Below are positions 1 to 9,438 of a stretch of DNA of 64,000 bases, piece after piece. The DNA is taken from the IMG/VR virus record IMGVR_UViG_3300021963_000021, positions 299,944-363,943 of that record; one strand, written 5' to 3'. A program made the translations under genes and the position numbers. The DNA comes from a virus. Under the pieces are notes generated by a model. That model was not told where the DNA came from and made no database searches. It was given only the letters and a program-made list of their open reading frames with translations. Each line of letters starts with the position of its first letter. Position 1 is the stretch's first letter.

Positions 1-212
1 GCGTGTCCAACATCAGTTTCATCGCTCTCTCGAGCTACTGCCTTATCGTTGATTATTACAGTAGTCGATCCGTGTAGTATACAAGAACCAGAAGCTGTGA
101 TAGATCCAGCAGTGGCCACGTAAGCATCATTTATGATCACGTTATCAGAACCACTTAATATGGTAGCATCTGCTGAATCAAAATTAACACGAGCAATAGC
201 TTTATCAGTCAT
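1..212 (-). CDS. N-terminal part of PAAR-repeat-like protein (gene runs off window start)
   Basis: ATG at ~210-212 on minus strand. The frame is open to position 1: MTDKAIARVNFDSADATILSGSDNVIINDAYVATAGSITASGSCILHGSTTVIINDKAVARESD... Two repeats resemble PAAR motifs (xLxGSxxVxINxxxxAR) of phage baseplate spike-tip proteins. Confidence 0.35.
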   Translation of the reverse strand, partial: MTDKAIARVNFDSADATILSGSDNVIINDAYVATAGSITASGSCILHGSTTVIINDKAVARESDETDVGH

Positions 213-214
213 TA

Positions 215-871
215 TTAGCCACCAGTTTTTGCTTTAACTTCAGTTTCAGTCTTAAGAGCATTAGCATTTGATTTTTGGTTCGTTGTGTTAATGCCAATTG
301 CCTCTAATCCGCTTTCGAATTTCTTTTTAATCCAACCTGTTCCTGCTTTTAGTCCAGCTGTTACACCTGTGACATTACCAAGATAAGAAGCAGTACCTGC
401 TATAGCACTAGTCACTGCTCCACCTGCTGCCGCCGCTGCCGCCACATTAGTCGCACCGGTCACTGACTTATTAATCTGAGTTTGAAGATTAGGAGCTGGT
501 ACTGTAACTTCTGGCAAGTTATTTCTCTTAAGTGCTGCCTGTGTAGCAGCTTTGTCAAATTCGTCTTTGTCTATCTGTTGTGCTACTGCGATCTGCTGAG
601 TGGCTAACATCTGTGCTAGTATAGCATTTGTTATTTGAAGACTAGCATCCAAATCAGCTATAGCAGATTGAATAGAAGTTAGACTTTCGGTTCCGGTATT
701 TTGTTGGTTGTTTACACCAACTAATGCGGTTGCTATAGCATTTAACGATGCGGCTGTAGATCCAGGAATGCCTTTTCCTAACGCTCCCATTGACTCTCTA
801 ATTGCCAACGGAGCATCATCGGCAATTACAAAGGTACCTGGACCTCCTGTAAAATTTGCTGTAGTTGTCAT
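215..871 (-). CDS. hypothetical Ala/Thr/Gln-rich protein (likely virion-associated)
   Basis: ORF-track ORF of 218 aa in the late minus-strand block. Low-complexity A/T/Q-rich with no catalytic motif. Confidence 0.3.
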   Translation of the reverse strand: MTTTANFTGGPGTFVIADDAPLAIRESMGALGKGIPGSTAASLNAIATALVGVNNQQNTGTESLTSIQSAIADLDASLQITNAILAQMLATQQIAVAQQIDKDEFDKAATQAALKRNNLPEVTVPAPNLQTQINKSVTGATNVAAAAAAGGAVTSAIAGTASYLGNVTGVTAGLKAGTGWIKKKFESGLEAIGINTTNQKSNANALKTETEVKAKTGG

Positions 872-881
872 TTATGGTCTC

Positions 882-1178
882 CTATAGTGCCAACTTAATG
901 CCTGTAGTATTTTGTATGTACGCATCGGCAAATGATTTGTCTGTGGCTTCCATGATCACTAACACTGATCTTGATATCTTTACTGTCTTATCGGGATTAA
1001 CTGTGAAAAGGTAGGGCATCAATCCAGGACCCTGTTGGCCCATGGCCACTACCATTGGTTTGGACATCTTTATATGACAGTCTGCTGATTCGTCTTCCAA
1101 TTTACCAATAATTTCTTCACCTGAGGTCAATTTTATAGTAACGACTTCGCCTACTGCTACACCCTTATCAATTAACAT
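882..1178 (-). CDS. hypothetical protein (98 aa)
   Basis: ORF-track ORF ending in TAG. Tightly packed between the glutaredoxin gene and the 218-aa ORF. Confidence 0.3.
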   Translation of the reverse strand: MLIDKGVAVGEVVTIKLTSGEEIIGKLEDESADCHIKMSKPMVVAMGQQGPGLMPYLFTVNPDKTVKISRSVLVIMEATDKSFADAYIQNTTGIKLAL

Positions 1179-1179
1179 A

Positions 1180-1422
1180 TTATCCCTTTAATGTTTCAAA
1201 AAAATCTTCTGGTTTACCTGCTAAACCCTGATACCCGCCTGGTAGTAGTACACCGTCTTTGAAAACTTGCGGTACTGAACGCAGTCCTTGATCAACAAGG
1301 AATTCACGAGCATCGGGTTCGTCTTCGATATTTACTGTTTTAAATCCTACGCCCTTTGATTCTAGGAGAGCCTTAGCTCTATCGCAAAATGGGCAGTTAT
1401 TCTTTGAATAAATTGTAATCAT
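1180..1422 (-). CDS. glutaredoxin (NrdH/NrdC-like redoxin)
   Basis: 80 aa with CPFC active-site motif near the N-terminus (MITIYSKNNCPFCDRAK). Lies immediately downstream of nrdB, with the typical GG pair (LLPGGYQGL) towards the C-terminus. Confidence 0.75.
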   Translation of the reverse strand: MITIYSKNNCPFCDRAKALLESKGVGFKTVNIEDEPDAREFLVDQGLRSVPQVFKDGVLLPGGYQGLAGKPEDFFETLKG

Positions 1423-1431
1423 ATTTGTCTC

Positions 1432-2532
1432 TTATAATGCTGGTAATTCGTCATAGTCAATGGTATCGCTCATGACACCTATAACATAATTAGTCGACTC
1501 GTTCTCTTGGAGCGCAGTTTGTTTCTTATGGGTATCACTGTGTTTATTGAACCAAGGTATTGGTGTTGTTTTTGGAGCAGGCTGTTGATACTTGATGCCA
1601 ATATCTTTTAGGGCGGCCGCAGCAGTATAGTCTACGAAGTCTTTTAGAATGTTAGCATTAAGTCCAATAACAGGACCTTTCTTGAACAAGTAGTCTGCCC
1701 ATTCTTTTTCTTCACGGATAACATCTTCATAGAGAGCATAAACTTCAGCTTCACATTCTTCTTTGGCTTTGACAAATCTAGGATCTTCTTTGACTACCTG
1801 ATTGATCAAATAAGCAGTCCAACCTTTGTGTAGCAGTTCGTCTTGTAGGATCAAGCTGATGATGTTGCCATTACCAATAAAGATCTTGTTCTCTACCATT
1901 GCCAAACTTGTGGCAAACGACACCATAAAGCGGAACGCTTCTAGAGCATAGCTGGCATGTAGTGCTAGCCAAATTGCTTTGATGTGTGTTGCTTCATTGA
2001 TTTTTTCGCCTGTTTCTTTACGGCAGTTAATCAAATGTAAATCATCGTAATAACGGCCGACACTTGATGCCATGTCTACAATTTCTTTAGTGTCGTGGAT
2101 TGTGTTAAACACTTCCTTAGGCACGTTGTATATGTTACGGATGATATGGCTGTATGAACGACTGTGGATGTTAGTCTCAAAGAAACCCCAGTTATACATC
2201 AGTGCTTCTACTTCCGGTAAACTACATACAGGAGTAAACACCTGAGTTGGTCCACGACCCTGGATACTGTCCAAGGCTGTCTGTCTTAATAGGTTACTGG
2301 TAAAGATATGTTTAACAGCATCGCTAGAATCTTTAAAGTCGCTGGCATCTTTGGACAAACTGATCTCTTCAGGTACCCAAAAGAACCCACGTGCGGTTGT
2401 TTCAAAATTCTGTACCTTAGGATACTTGACTTCTTCAAATCGTTGAATAGTCACTGGACCCTCTGGATCCAAGAACATCTTACGACTTAGGTAGTCTGTT
2501 TTAGTGGTTAGATTGTATTGTGCTGTACTCAT
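1432..2532 (-). CDS. nrdB: ribonucleotide reductase class Ia small subunit
   Basis: 366 aa. Conserved R2 features: FFWVPEEISLSKD, iron-ligand E/H helices (..ALEAFRFMVSFA.., ..LQDELLHKGW..) and the C-terminal acidic tail. Confidence 0.9.
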   Translation of the reverse strand: MSTAQYNLTTKTDYLSRKMFLDPEGPVTIQRFEEVKYPKVQNFETTARGFFWVPEEISLSKDASDFKDSSDAVKHIFTSNLLRQTALDSIQGRGPTQVFTPVCSLPEVEALMYNWGFFETNIHSRSYSHIIRNIYNVPKEVFNTIHDTKEIVDMASSVGRYYDDLHLINCRKETGEKINEATHIKAIWLALHASYALEAFRFMVSFATSLAMVENKIFIGNGNIISLILQDELLHKGWTAYLINQVVKEDPRFVKAKEECEAEVYALYEDVIREEKEWADYLFKKGPVIGLNANILKDFVDYTAAAALKDIGIKYQQPAPKTTPIPWFNKHSDTHKKQTALQENESTNYVIGVMSDTIDYDELPAL

Positions 2533-2795
2533 TGTTTATCCTGTTTTGTTAATTCAGTAGTATTCCAAATATTTCTATTATGAACAACCTTGTCTTTTAG
2601 TATTCTTATAACTTTCTCTTTCTCAGTTTCGGTCCATATAAAATGTAAACTATTTAACGGCGGTCTACCTGTTGTTTCATCGTACAAAGACTTATGTTGG
2701 TAGTATGATTTTAACCACACCCATTGTCCACTAGTGACTTTGACAGGCTTCCATGCAAATAGTTTACTTTCCATAATTTCCAGAAGCCAGAACAA
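2529..2795 (-). CDS. hypothetical protein
   Basis: 88-aa ORF overlapping nrdB and aldolase-like ORF ends (operonic). Confidence 0.3.
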   Translation of the reverse strand: MFWLLEIMESKLFAWKPVKVTSGQWVWLKSYYQHKSLYDETTGRPPLNSLHFIWTETEKEKVIRILKDKVVHNRNIWNTTELTKQDKQ

Positions 2796-3426
2796 TCTTA
2801 CAAATGTGTTCTAATCTTTCAATATGTTCGTACGCTCGCCACGGAGTCGTATCGATAGCAACTACACCGTGTCCTTTAATGCCTACAATATCGTAGGCAA
2901 CATTACCGTCTCTATCTAGTTGAAGATTCGTGTGGCACTGATCCGCAAGCTCTTGACTAATAGGCGGAACATCTCCGACATTGGGTGCTACTCGAGTATA
3001 ACGGTTAAGCTCCGGAAAAGCATCACTGATAGTACTAAGGTCGATACCGGCATGCATAGCCGCAATACTGTAAGTAGGATGTACATGTACAACTACTCTT
3101 ACCTCGTCCTTATGCTGACCCATTTCTTTTTGTAGACCAAAATGTAATGGTATCTCTCCGCTAGGTACTAGATTTTTACTGATGTCAGTATAGGGTACAT
3201 CTTCCCAAGAGTAGTTGAATGCCGCTGTTCCATATCCACTATGGATGCTTCTGTGTATAGCTATCTTCTTAAATTGGTCAGGTTGTAGTGTTTGCTTACG
3301 CACACCGCTTGGAGTAATGTAGAAGTGATCACGATCATGATGACGGATGCTGACGTTGCCATCACGACTGGTAATCCAATTACGCTTATAAGCGTCTACC
3401 ATAATATCACATATCGTTTCTAACAT
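2764..3426 (-). CDS. class II aldolase/adducin-family protein (fuculose-phosphate aldolase / ribulose-5-P epimerase-like)
   Basis: 220 aa. Contains GNVSIR (substrate phosphate-binding motif) and VHVHPTYSIAAMHAG (metal-binding His pair), both typical of the class II aldolase/adducin fold. Confidence 0.55.
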   Translation of the reverse strand: MLETICDIMVDAYKRNWITSRDGNVSIRHHDRDHFYITPSGVRKQTLQPDQFKKIAIHRSIHSGYGTAAFNYSWEDVPYTDISKNLVPSGEIPLHFGLQKEMGQHKDEVRVVVHVHPTYSIAAMHAGIDLSTISDAFPELNRYTRVAPNVGDVPPISQELADQCHTNLQLDRDGNVAYDIVGIKGHGVVAIDTTPWRAYEHIERLEHICKIVLASGNYGK

Positions 3427-3958
3427 TTACATAATCCCAGTTTATTATTTTCCATTGATTTTCTAAATACTTTTTCTTGTCGTGTTGATAATCCAACGCC
3501 CAAGCATGTTCCCACCAATCAACTAATACTACTATATCTTTTTTTATTTCGTGATTCTTTATAGTTTTAATTTCGCCAGACTTAGAAAGATATACCCACC
3601 CACTACCTTGTATGCTCATGGCCACTTTGGTAAATTCTTCTTTAAACTTATCAAAGGATTTAAATTTTTCTTCAATAAGTTCTAGGGTCTTGCCGGATGG
3701 CTTATTGCTAGATTTTGGTGCTTGATATTGTTGGAACAGTATGTTATGTAAGAACACGCCAGCTTCATTGAAGTCAGGGTCACCTTCGCCTTTGTTGTAT
3801 CTGTCAGCATAGGTATGAGCTAGTTTACCATAGTGATAATCGATAGTATCCTCTGATATCGACGGATCTAGATCATCCTTGTCGTATGGCAATGCTTTGA
3901 TTTCTAATTTCTCAGCTTTGCCCTCTAACAGAAAATTTCGTATAAAGTTATAGGTCAT
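3407..3958 (-). CDS. Fe/Mn-family superoxide dismutase-like protein
   Basis: 183 aa. C-terminal DWWEHAWALDYQ matches the D-x-W-E-H-A-Y-Y metal-ligand signature. N-terminal LPYDKDDLDP..HYGKLAHTY matches the N-terminal helical His region. Shorter and more divergent than cellular SodA/B. Confidence 0.6.
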   Translation of the reverse strand: MTYNFIRNFLLEGKAEKLEIKALPYDKDDLDPSISEDTIDYHYGKLAHTYADRYNKGEGDPDFNEAGVFLHNILFQQYQAPKSSNKPSGKTLELIEEKFKSFDKFKEEFTKVAMSIQGSGWVYLSKSGEIKTIKNHEIKKDIVVLVDWWEHAWALDYQHDKKKYLENQWKIINWDYVNVRNDM

Positions 3959-6291
3959 AACTTACACGCCTCGCAATCATCTTCTAGTTCTTCGTTATGA
4001 TACCCGTTGACTTCTTTTTCTACATAAGCAGGTTCAGCATCCTGTGCCTTAGATCCATGCTTGTTGATCAAGCTGTAATAGAATGTCTTCAATCCCCACA
4101 TCTGTGCTTGCATTAAATTCTTAGCAATCAATGTGGTAGGAACTTTTCTGTCAGCGAACCAAGCAGGATTGTAGAATGTGTTTGTAGAAATACTTTGGTC
4201 AACATATGCTGCCAATACTGCGGCAGTTTTTAGATATCCAACGCAGTCTTTCTGTTCCCACATTAATTGATACTTGTTCTTTAACTTGTGATAGTCTGGT
4301 ACTACCTGTGTAAATGATCCTGCCTTTGATTCCTTAGTAGAAATCAAACTCATCGGAAGTTCAATACCATTGGTAGAATTAATAACCACACTACTGCTTT
4401 CCACAGGAGCAATAGCCATAAGTGTCGCATTTCTAACACCATACTGTTTCATGTCCTTTCTTAGAGGTTCCCAATCTAGTTCAGGTTTGAAGTTAGTAAG
4501 CTCATTAACGCCTTTGGCACGTAGTTCCCAAGGAAACTTGCCTTGACCGTATCGTGTCTTATCGCTGTCTTTACATGGGCCACGTTCTTTGGCCAATTCA
4601 ACTGTAGCTTCAGTGAGATAGAACGCTTGGTGTTCCATCCAAGATTTAACATCTTGTAGAGCATCCTTGTCACCGTAACGTAGTCCACGTTTGGCATGCC
4701 AGTAGGCTAAGTTTGTAACACCAATGCCCAGTGGTTGTATCTCATCGTTAGACAGTTTGCTCTGTATCGACAGGAAGTCTTGATAGTCTAGAATATTACA
4801 TAGACTACGCTGTAATATGCGACATGCTCTACGCATGTCTTCTGGGTTACGGAACGCACCCCAGTTAATGGATCCCAGTGTACATAACGCTATGCGCCCC
4901 TCCGCGTCGTCTAATCTCTTAAATGGACGGGTTGGTAATAAGATCTCACAGCACAAGTTACTTTGATAGATGGTATGATACTCAGGATCGAAAGGACCTT
5001 GATTCATGACATTATCAATAAACACCAAATAGATGCGACCTGTGTCTGTACGTTCCTTCAAGATGCCGCTTTTGAATACTTCTTCAGCTGACATTGTTTT
5101 CTTGCGTAGGTCTTTACGCTTTTCATACTCTGTGTATAGTTTTTCAAAACGTTCTGTATTTTGATAAAACGCTTCATATAGTTCTGGTACTTCGTTAGGG
5201 TCGAAGAATGTTATGTTTTCTTTATTCCTGAATCGTCTCCAGAAAAATGCTGACAAAACAACTCCGTAATCCATATGTCGTACCCGTGTTTCGTCTGTGC
5301 CTTGATTATTCTTAAGAACAATAAGATCATCAAACTGATAATGCCAAATGGGATAAAACACAGTAGCACTAGCATTACGGATTCCTCCCTGTGAGCACGA
5401 ACGCAGATCACCAAACCATTTTTTAAGGAACGGAATCATGCCAGTGTGCATAATTTCACCACCTCTGATGGGGCTACCCAATGGACGTAGTCTGCCAATC
5501 TCCAAACCAATGCCAGCACGTTTGCTGGCATACTTGGCCATCATTTCGCCACTAGCAAAAATGGAGTCAAGATCATCATCACTACGAATGAGTACACAGC
5601 TACTGAACTGCTTAGTGGGAGTCCCAAGGCCAGCAAGAACAGGAGTAGCGAGAGTAAATAGACCGTCTGAAGCCGCATTGTAGTATTCCTTGATAAATTT
5701 CATTCGAGCACTGTTAGGCTCTTCTTTGTGAAACACTGTAGCCGCAGCTACCATATAACGAACCTGTGGTGTTTCGTAAATTTCTTTAGTAGCACGATTG
5801 CGTACTAGATATTTTTCTATTAGTTGTTCAATGCTGGCATAACCGTACTGCTCATCTTTTTCGTGATCGAGCATGGCATCCATTTTATCCCAATCGTCTT
5901 CGCTGTACCAAACAAGAAGTTCAGGAGTATAAAGACCTACTTCAATATTCTTTTTAATGATGTCGTAGAGGCGCGGAGGGGTATAGGTTCCATATACATC
6001 TTTTCTCAGCATACTAAGACGTTGCTTACCTGCTACATATTGGTAATTGGTATGTCCTACACCCGGATTAGATTCTACATCAATTAGGTCTACTATGGCT
6101 CTTAATGTTAGAGAATCAATTGCTTGTGTTGTGATGCCATCATAAAAATGCGGACTTGCTTTGATTTCTATCATTGACTGACTGACGTCAGCTATACCTT
6201 TACATACTTTTGCTACCTGCGCTTGCCACTTTTCGATCATTAGTGGTTCTTTTGTTCCATCTCTTTTAATTACTGTGATAATGTCGTTCAT
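3955..6291 (-). CDS. nrdA: ribonucleotide reductase class Ia large subunit
   Basis: 778 aa. Catalytic NLCCEI motif (QSNLCCEILLP), ATP-cone-like N-terminus and C-terminal CxxC (CEACKL) redox pair. Confidence 0.9.
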   Translation of the reverse strand: MNDIITVIKRDGTKEPLMIEKWQAQVAKVCKGIADVSQSMIEIKASPHFYDGITTQAIDSLTLRAIVDLIDVESNPGVGHTNYQYVAGKQRLSMLRKDVYGTYTPPRLYDIIKKNIEVGLYTPELLVWYSEDDWDKMDAMLDHEKDEQYGYASIEQLIEKYLVRNRATKEIYETPQVRYMVAAATVFHKEEPNSARMKFIKEYYNAASDGLFTLATPVLAGLGTPTKQFSSCVLIRSDDDLDSIFASGEMMAKYASKRAGIGLEIGRLRPLGSPIRGGEIMHTGMIPFLKKWFGDLRSCSQGGIRNASATVFYPIWHYQFDDLIVLKNNQGTDETRVRHMDYGVVLSAFFWRRFRNKENITFFDPNEVPELYEAFYQNTERFEKLYTEYEKRKDLRKKTMSAEEVFKSGILKERTDTGRIYLVFIDNVMNQGPFDPEYHTIYQSNLCCEILLPTRPFKRLDDAEGRIALCTLGSINWGAFRNPEDMRRACRILQRSLCNILDYQDFLSIQSKLSNDEIQPLGIGVTNLAYWHAKRGLRYGDKDALQDVKSWMEHQAFYLTEATVELAKERGPCKDSDKTRYGQGKFPWELRAKGVNELTNFKPELDWEPLRKDMKQYGVRNATLMAIAPVESSSVVINSTNGIELPMSLISTKESKAGSFTQVVPDYHKLKNKYQLMWEQKDCVGYLKTAAVLAAYVDQSISTNTFYNPAWFADRKVPTTLIAKNLMQAQMWGLKTFYYSLINKHGSKAQDAEPAYVEKEVNGYHNEELEDDCEACKL

Positions 6292-6343
6292 TCTCGCCTC
6301 AATACGTACAAATTTTTTTATAGTGAGAGTATTTATGGTACTC

Positions 6344-6748
6344 TTAGATTGACCAAATCTTAATTGAATTAGACGGCAGTTTGTCTATAGTAGACACTTC
6401 TCTGTAATCTAAATTCAAGACCGCTTGGTTATCCACTACAAGATTATATCGCCTCTCGCTGGGCGACATAGACATATGTATCTCGTATTTGGACTCCTTA
6501 AAGCGACTAGTTAATTGTAAAGTGTAGCACATTCCTAATGCGATAGCAAGATCGCAAAAGCGGTTATCCATGATTAATCGCCATGGATCAGGCCAATCTT
6601 TAGGATTGTAAGGGTCTAGATATTTGCTAACAAATGGAGCCTGCGCCCAAAAGACTGCTACATCATTCAAAGGATCGGGAGAAGTTTCTAGAGTGTCTCT
6701 AAACTCTTTCCAGGCTTTTAGTTTTTCTGTATAATGGAGATCAAACAC
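6344..6748 (-). CDS. hypothetical protein
   Basis: 134-aa ORF between the depolymerase-like fibre gene and nrdA. No motif recognised. Confidence 0.3.
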   Translation of the reverse strand: MFDLHYTEKLKAWKEFRDTLETSPDPLNDVAVFWAQAPFVSKYLDPYNPKDWPDPWRLIMDNRFCDLAIALGMCYTLQLTSRFKESKYEIHMSMSPSERRYNLVVDNQAVLNLDYREVSTIDKLPSNSIKIWSI

Positions 6749-8333
6749 CGTAGTTAACGAAATAGGTTATCTTATGTGAGCCAGCTAACACAGGGTTTTT
6801 ATATTTTAGAATCATAGATTCAGAACCTGCGGTTGAGTCACTTCGGTCTACTAACGTTACTGAAAATTCCAATGCTTCAAAATCCGACGATGGTGCCACC
6901 GATGGTGGAAACGCAGCATCATCTTGTGAAACAGAGTAACTGTCGGTTAGTATAGGATCCATAAGATTATCACCTACCGTTATAGTCAGTGTGCCATATC
7001 TTGAATTACCTGTACTGAACGTCACAATATAATTTAGTATTGTCTTACGGTTCAGTGTGGAGAACATGGCTAGTGGAGTTGGGGTTATCTGTTGATACAG
7101 TGTCTGTGTGATTTCGTCATTGATATAGACATTGCCTGCGTTGAGTACTTCAGGATATGCTACTCGCTCATCGCCAATGATGACATCGGAGTAAGCATTT
7201 TGTTGTCTGTTAAATGAACAGTTTTCTACTATGTTGTTACCAGGTTGTTCAAATACCACAACACTCTGTTCTGGATTAGAAGCAAGGTTGGCGTTATTTC
7301 CGCAGTCAATGAACCTACTGGTTAAAATTTTAGTACCTGTGCCGTAGTCGGCGGTAAAAGCTCTGCCAGCTATTTCTTGGAATTCACAACCGTCAAATGT
7401 CCATTGGTTAACTTGATCAACTACACCGTTGATCTCAACGCCGCCAGTTAACACATGGAAGTGACAGGTATTGAAAGCTACTTTAGATTCATATGCGTCG
7501 ACTTGTGTAAAGTTAACTGCTCGATATGCTTTTTCAAAAGTACAGTTATCAAACTCTAAGTGATCAACTGTTGTGCCGATCTTTTCTGAATTCTCAAAAT
7601 ATACCAGTGCGTTTCCGCTGAGTGTTTGAGCTGCTGTGCCAAGGTTAGATATAGGGCCCTGGAAGGACACATATTCAAACTCACTGTTTTTGATACCAGA
7701 TAGATCTATATGACCTGTGGTAAATCTAAAACTTAAATTTCTAACTAGGATATTTGTCGGACGGTCAGAGCTTTCAAATGCTGCTTTCAGCGTACCGTCT
7801 GTGGATTGTAGTTCTACTGTTGAGCTGTTTACTAACAGTACAGATCCAAACTGTGATTCACCGTCTAGGATAGCGTATGATGGTATTCTTAGAGTTCCGG
7901 CGATTCTATAATGTCCAGTCGGTATGAACAACTGCTTGCGGAATTCTGTGCTGGTGTTTCTATATAACTGATCTAAGGCTGTTTGAAATGATTCAGTGTC
8001 GTCAGTGCTGCCGTCGCCTGTGGCGCCAAAATCTTTGACGTTAACACGATCGTCTAACTTTTGTTGTAGTGTTCTAAAAACAGAACCCGTGATGCTAGGC
8101 TCACTTCGACCCCAACGATAACTTTCGATAAGTTCTAGTAGGTTATCGTGTTCTGTTAGTACTTTGGTATTTCCAACATACGGAGACCCGTCTGCGACGG
8201 CTCCATTACCAATGTAAAGTTCTTGAGAATCTAAAGCCCAGGCAAGTTCGCCGCTGGATAGTTGCGGGATTCCTGATTCACCATTTTTTCGTCCTCTGCG
8301 GACTTGTATTTTCGATATCTGTACGACAGCCAT
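6741..8333 (-). CDS. tail fibre/tailspike protein with pectate-lyase-fold (depolymerase-like) domain
   Basis: 530 aa. N-terminus IQVRRGRKNGESGIPQLSSGELAWALDSQELYIGNG is the conserved phage tail-fibre N-terminal motif. VNVKDFGATGDGSTDDTESFQTAL is the pectate_lyase_3 / right-handed beta-helix signature. ATAAATACTCT late-box-like motif ~10 nt upstream. Confidence 0.55.
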   Translation of the reverse strand: MAVVQISKIQVRRGRKNGESGIPQLSSGELAWALDSQELYIGNGAVADGSPYVGNTKVLTEHDNLLELIESYRWGRSEPSITGSVFRTLQQKLDDRVNVKDFGATGDGSTDDTESFQTALDQLYRNTSTEFRKQLFIPTGHYRIAGTLRIPSYAILDGESQFGSVLLVNSSTVELQSTDGTLKAAFESSDRPTNILVRNLSFRFTTGHIDLSGIKNSEFEYVSFQGPISNLGTAAQTLSGNALVYFENSEKIGTTVDHLEFDNCTFEKAYRAVNFTQVDAYESKVAFNTCHFHVLTGGVEINGVVDQVNQWTFDGCEFQEIAGRAFTADYGTGTKILTSRFIDCGNNANLASNPEQSVVVFEQPGNNIVENCSFNRQQNAYSDVIIGDERVAYPEVLNAGNVYINDEITQTLYQQITPTPLAMFSTLNRKTILNYIVTFSTGNSRYGTLTITVGDNLMDPILTDSYSVSQDDAAFPPSVAPSSDFEALEFSVTLVDRSDSTAGSESMILKYKNPVLAGSHKITYFVNYGV

Positions 8334-8357
8334 AGATGTTTACCCTTGTTAGAGTAT

Positions 8358-9059
8358 TTATCTGGCAGCGTTATAGTATTCCTCTACCTTATTGAGCCAC
8401 AGATCTTGATATTTGTTAAAGTCCTGCGGCAGTAGATCAAATTGCTGATACTCAAAAGCACGACTACACATAAAAACGTGCCCTTCACGAATGTCAGTTC
8501 CGTAGACTTCATTATGTGCTAAGATATATGCTATAAGTTGTAATTTGTAATCTTCAACCCATTCTTCTTTTTTGGGTTTGTTAGTCTGCTTGTAGTCACA
8601 GACGCTGGGATTGTCTTTGTAGACAGCTACTAGATCAGTGGTTCCTGAATACAGACCTGGGAAGTAAAGACTCTGTTCCATGGCCCAAACTTCATTAACG
8701 TGTGCTAGGCCATTTTTAATAATCTCGTCTGCCATTTTGTTAGCCTGGACGTGAACAGGATTGTTGCCAGGCTGTCGCTGTATGCCTGCGATAAATCTTT
8801 CTAGATTGGCGTGCATAGCAGTTCCAACGCCCGCAGCCTCAGTGGTTATCTGTTGTGCTTTTTGTTCACCAATACGTTTCTTCCATTCGTTTAAATGTGT
8901 CATGTCCTTGGTTGCTGAAAGGATCGTTGTGACACTAGGAAGACTTTCTCCGTCCGGAGTAAGATATACACGTTTACGTGTTACAGGGTCATTGACCTGC
9001 TTACACTCTTTGTACTGTATTTTTTGGACGTACGGTGGTGGTTGGATTTCTATTAGCAT
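8358..9059 (-). CDS. PD-(D/E)xK nuclease (RecB/YqaJ-like exonuclease family)
   Basis: 233 aa. TDLVAV...CDYKQT...YKLQLIAYIL gives D...DYK...QxxxY, the RecB-family motif II/III plus the Q-h-x-x-Y motif. No Cas4-type Cys cluster. Confidence 0.4.
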   Translation of the reverse strand: MLIEIQPPPYVQKIQYKECKQVNDPVTRKRVYLTPDGESLPSVTTILSATKDMTHLNEWKKRIGEQKAQQITTEAAGVGTAMHANLERFIAGIQRQPGNNPVHVQANKMADEIIKNGLAHVNEVWAMEQSLYFPGLYSGTTDLVAVYKDNPSVCDYKQTNKPKKEEWVEDYKLQLIAYILAHNEVYGTDIREGHVFMCSRAFEYQQFDLLPQDFNKYQDLWLNKVEEYYNAAR

Positions 9060-9093
9060 ATTAGATACATTATAAATTAAAGTTATTAAGTTG

Positions 9094-9438
9094 TCAAGCA
9101 GTCATTTGCTTATAGGCATTTGCCGCAGCAGTCTGATTGACATTGTCTTTAGATTTATCTATATCTGAACCTGGCTCTTCTCGATCCCGGCTTGTACCAG
9201 GTACTTTGAGTTCTATGCCACGTGGAGTGAAATTTCTAACCATGTTTTGGATCATAGGTGAAGCATCATAAATGCCCTTGAAAGTTTCCTGATCCAATTT
9301 GATACCCTGGCGGGCTAACACTTGATTGAGGTATTCCCAATTGATGTTTGCTGGCTGTCCGCGACTACCTGATCGTCCTATAATATTCTTTAGGACAAGA
9401 GCGACCTGCGAACCATCATCGAATTCATATAATCTCAT
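9094..9438 (-). CDS. hypothetical protein
   Basis: 114-aa ORF in the late block. Confidence 0.3.
   Translation of the reverse strand: MRLYEFDDGSQVALVLKNIIGRSGSRGQPANINWEYLNQVLARQGIKLDQETFKGIYDASPMIQNMVRNFTPRGIELKVPGTSRDREEPGSDIDKSKDNVNQTAAANAYKQMTA

Noticed and set aside
4476-5683. ORF-track ORFs 4476..4697, 5211..5414 and 5438..5683 inside nrdA
   Set aside because: They lie entirely within the high-confidence nrdA coding region on the same or opposite strand and have no RBS. They are treated as frame-shadow ORFs.
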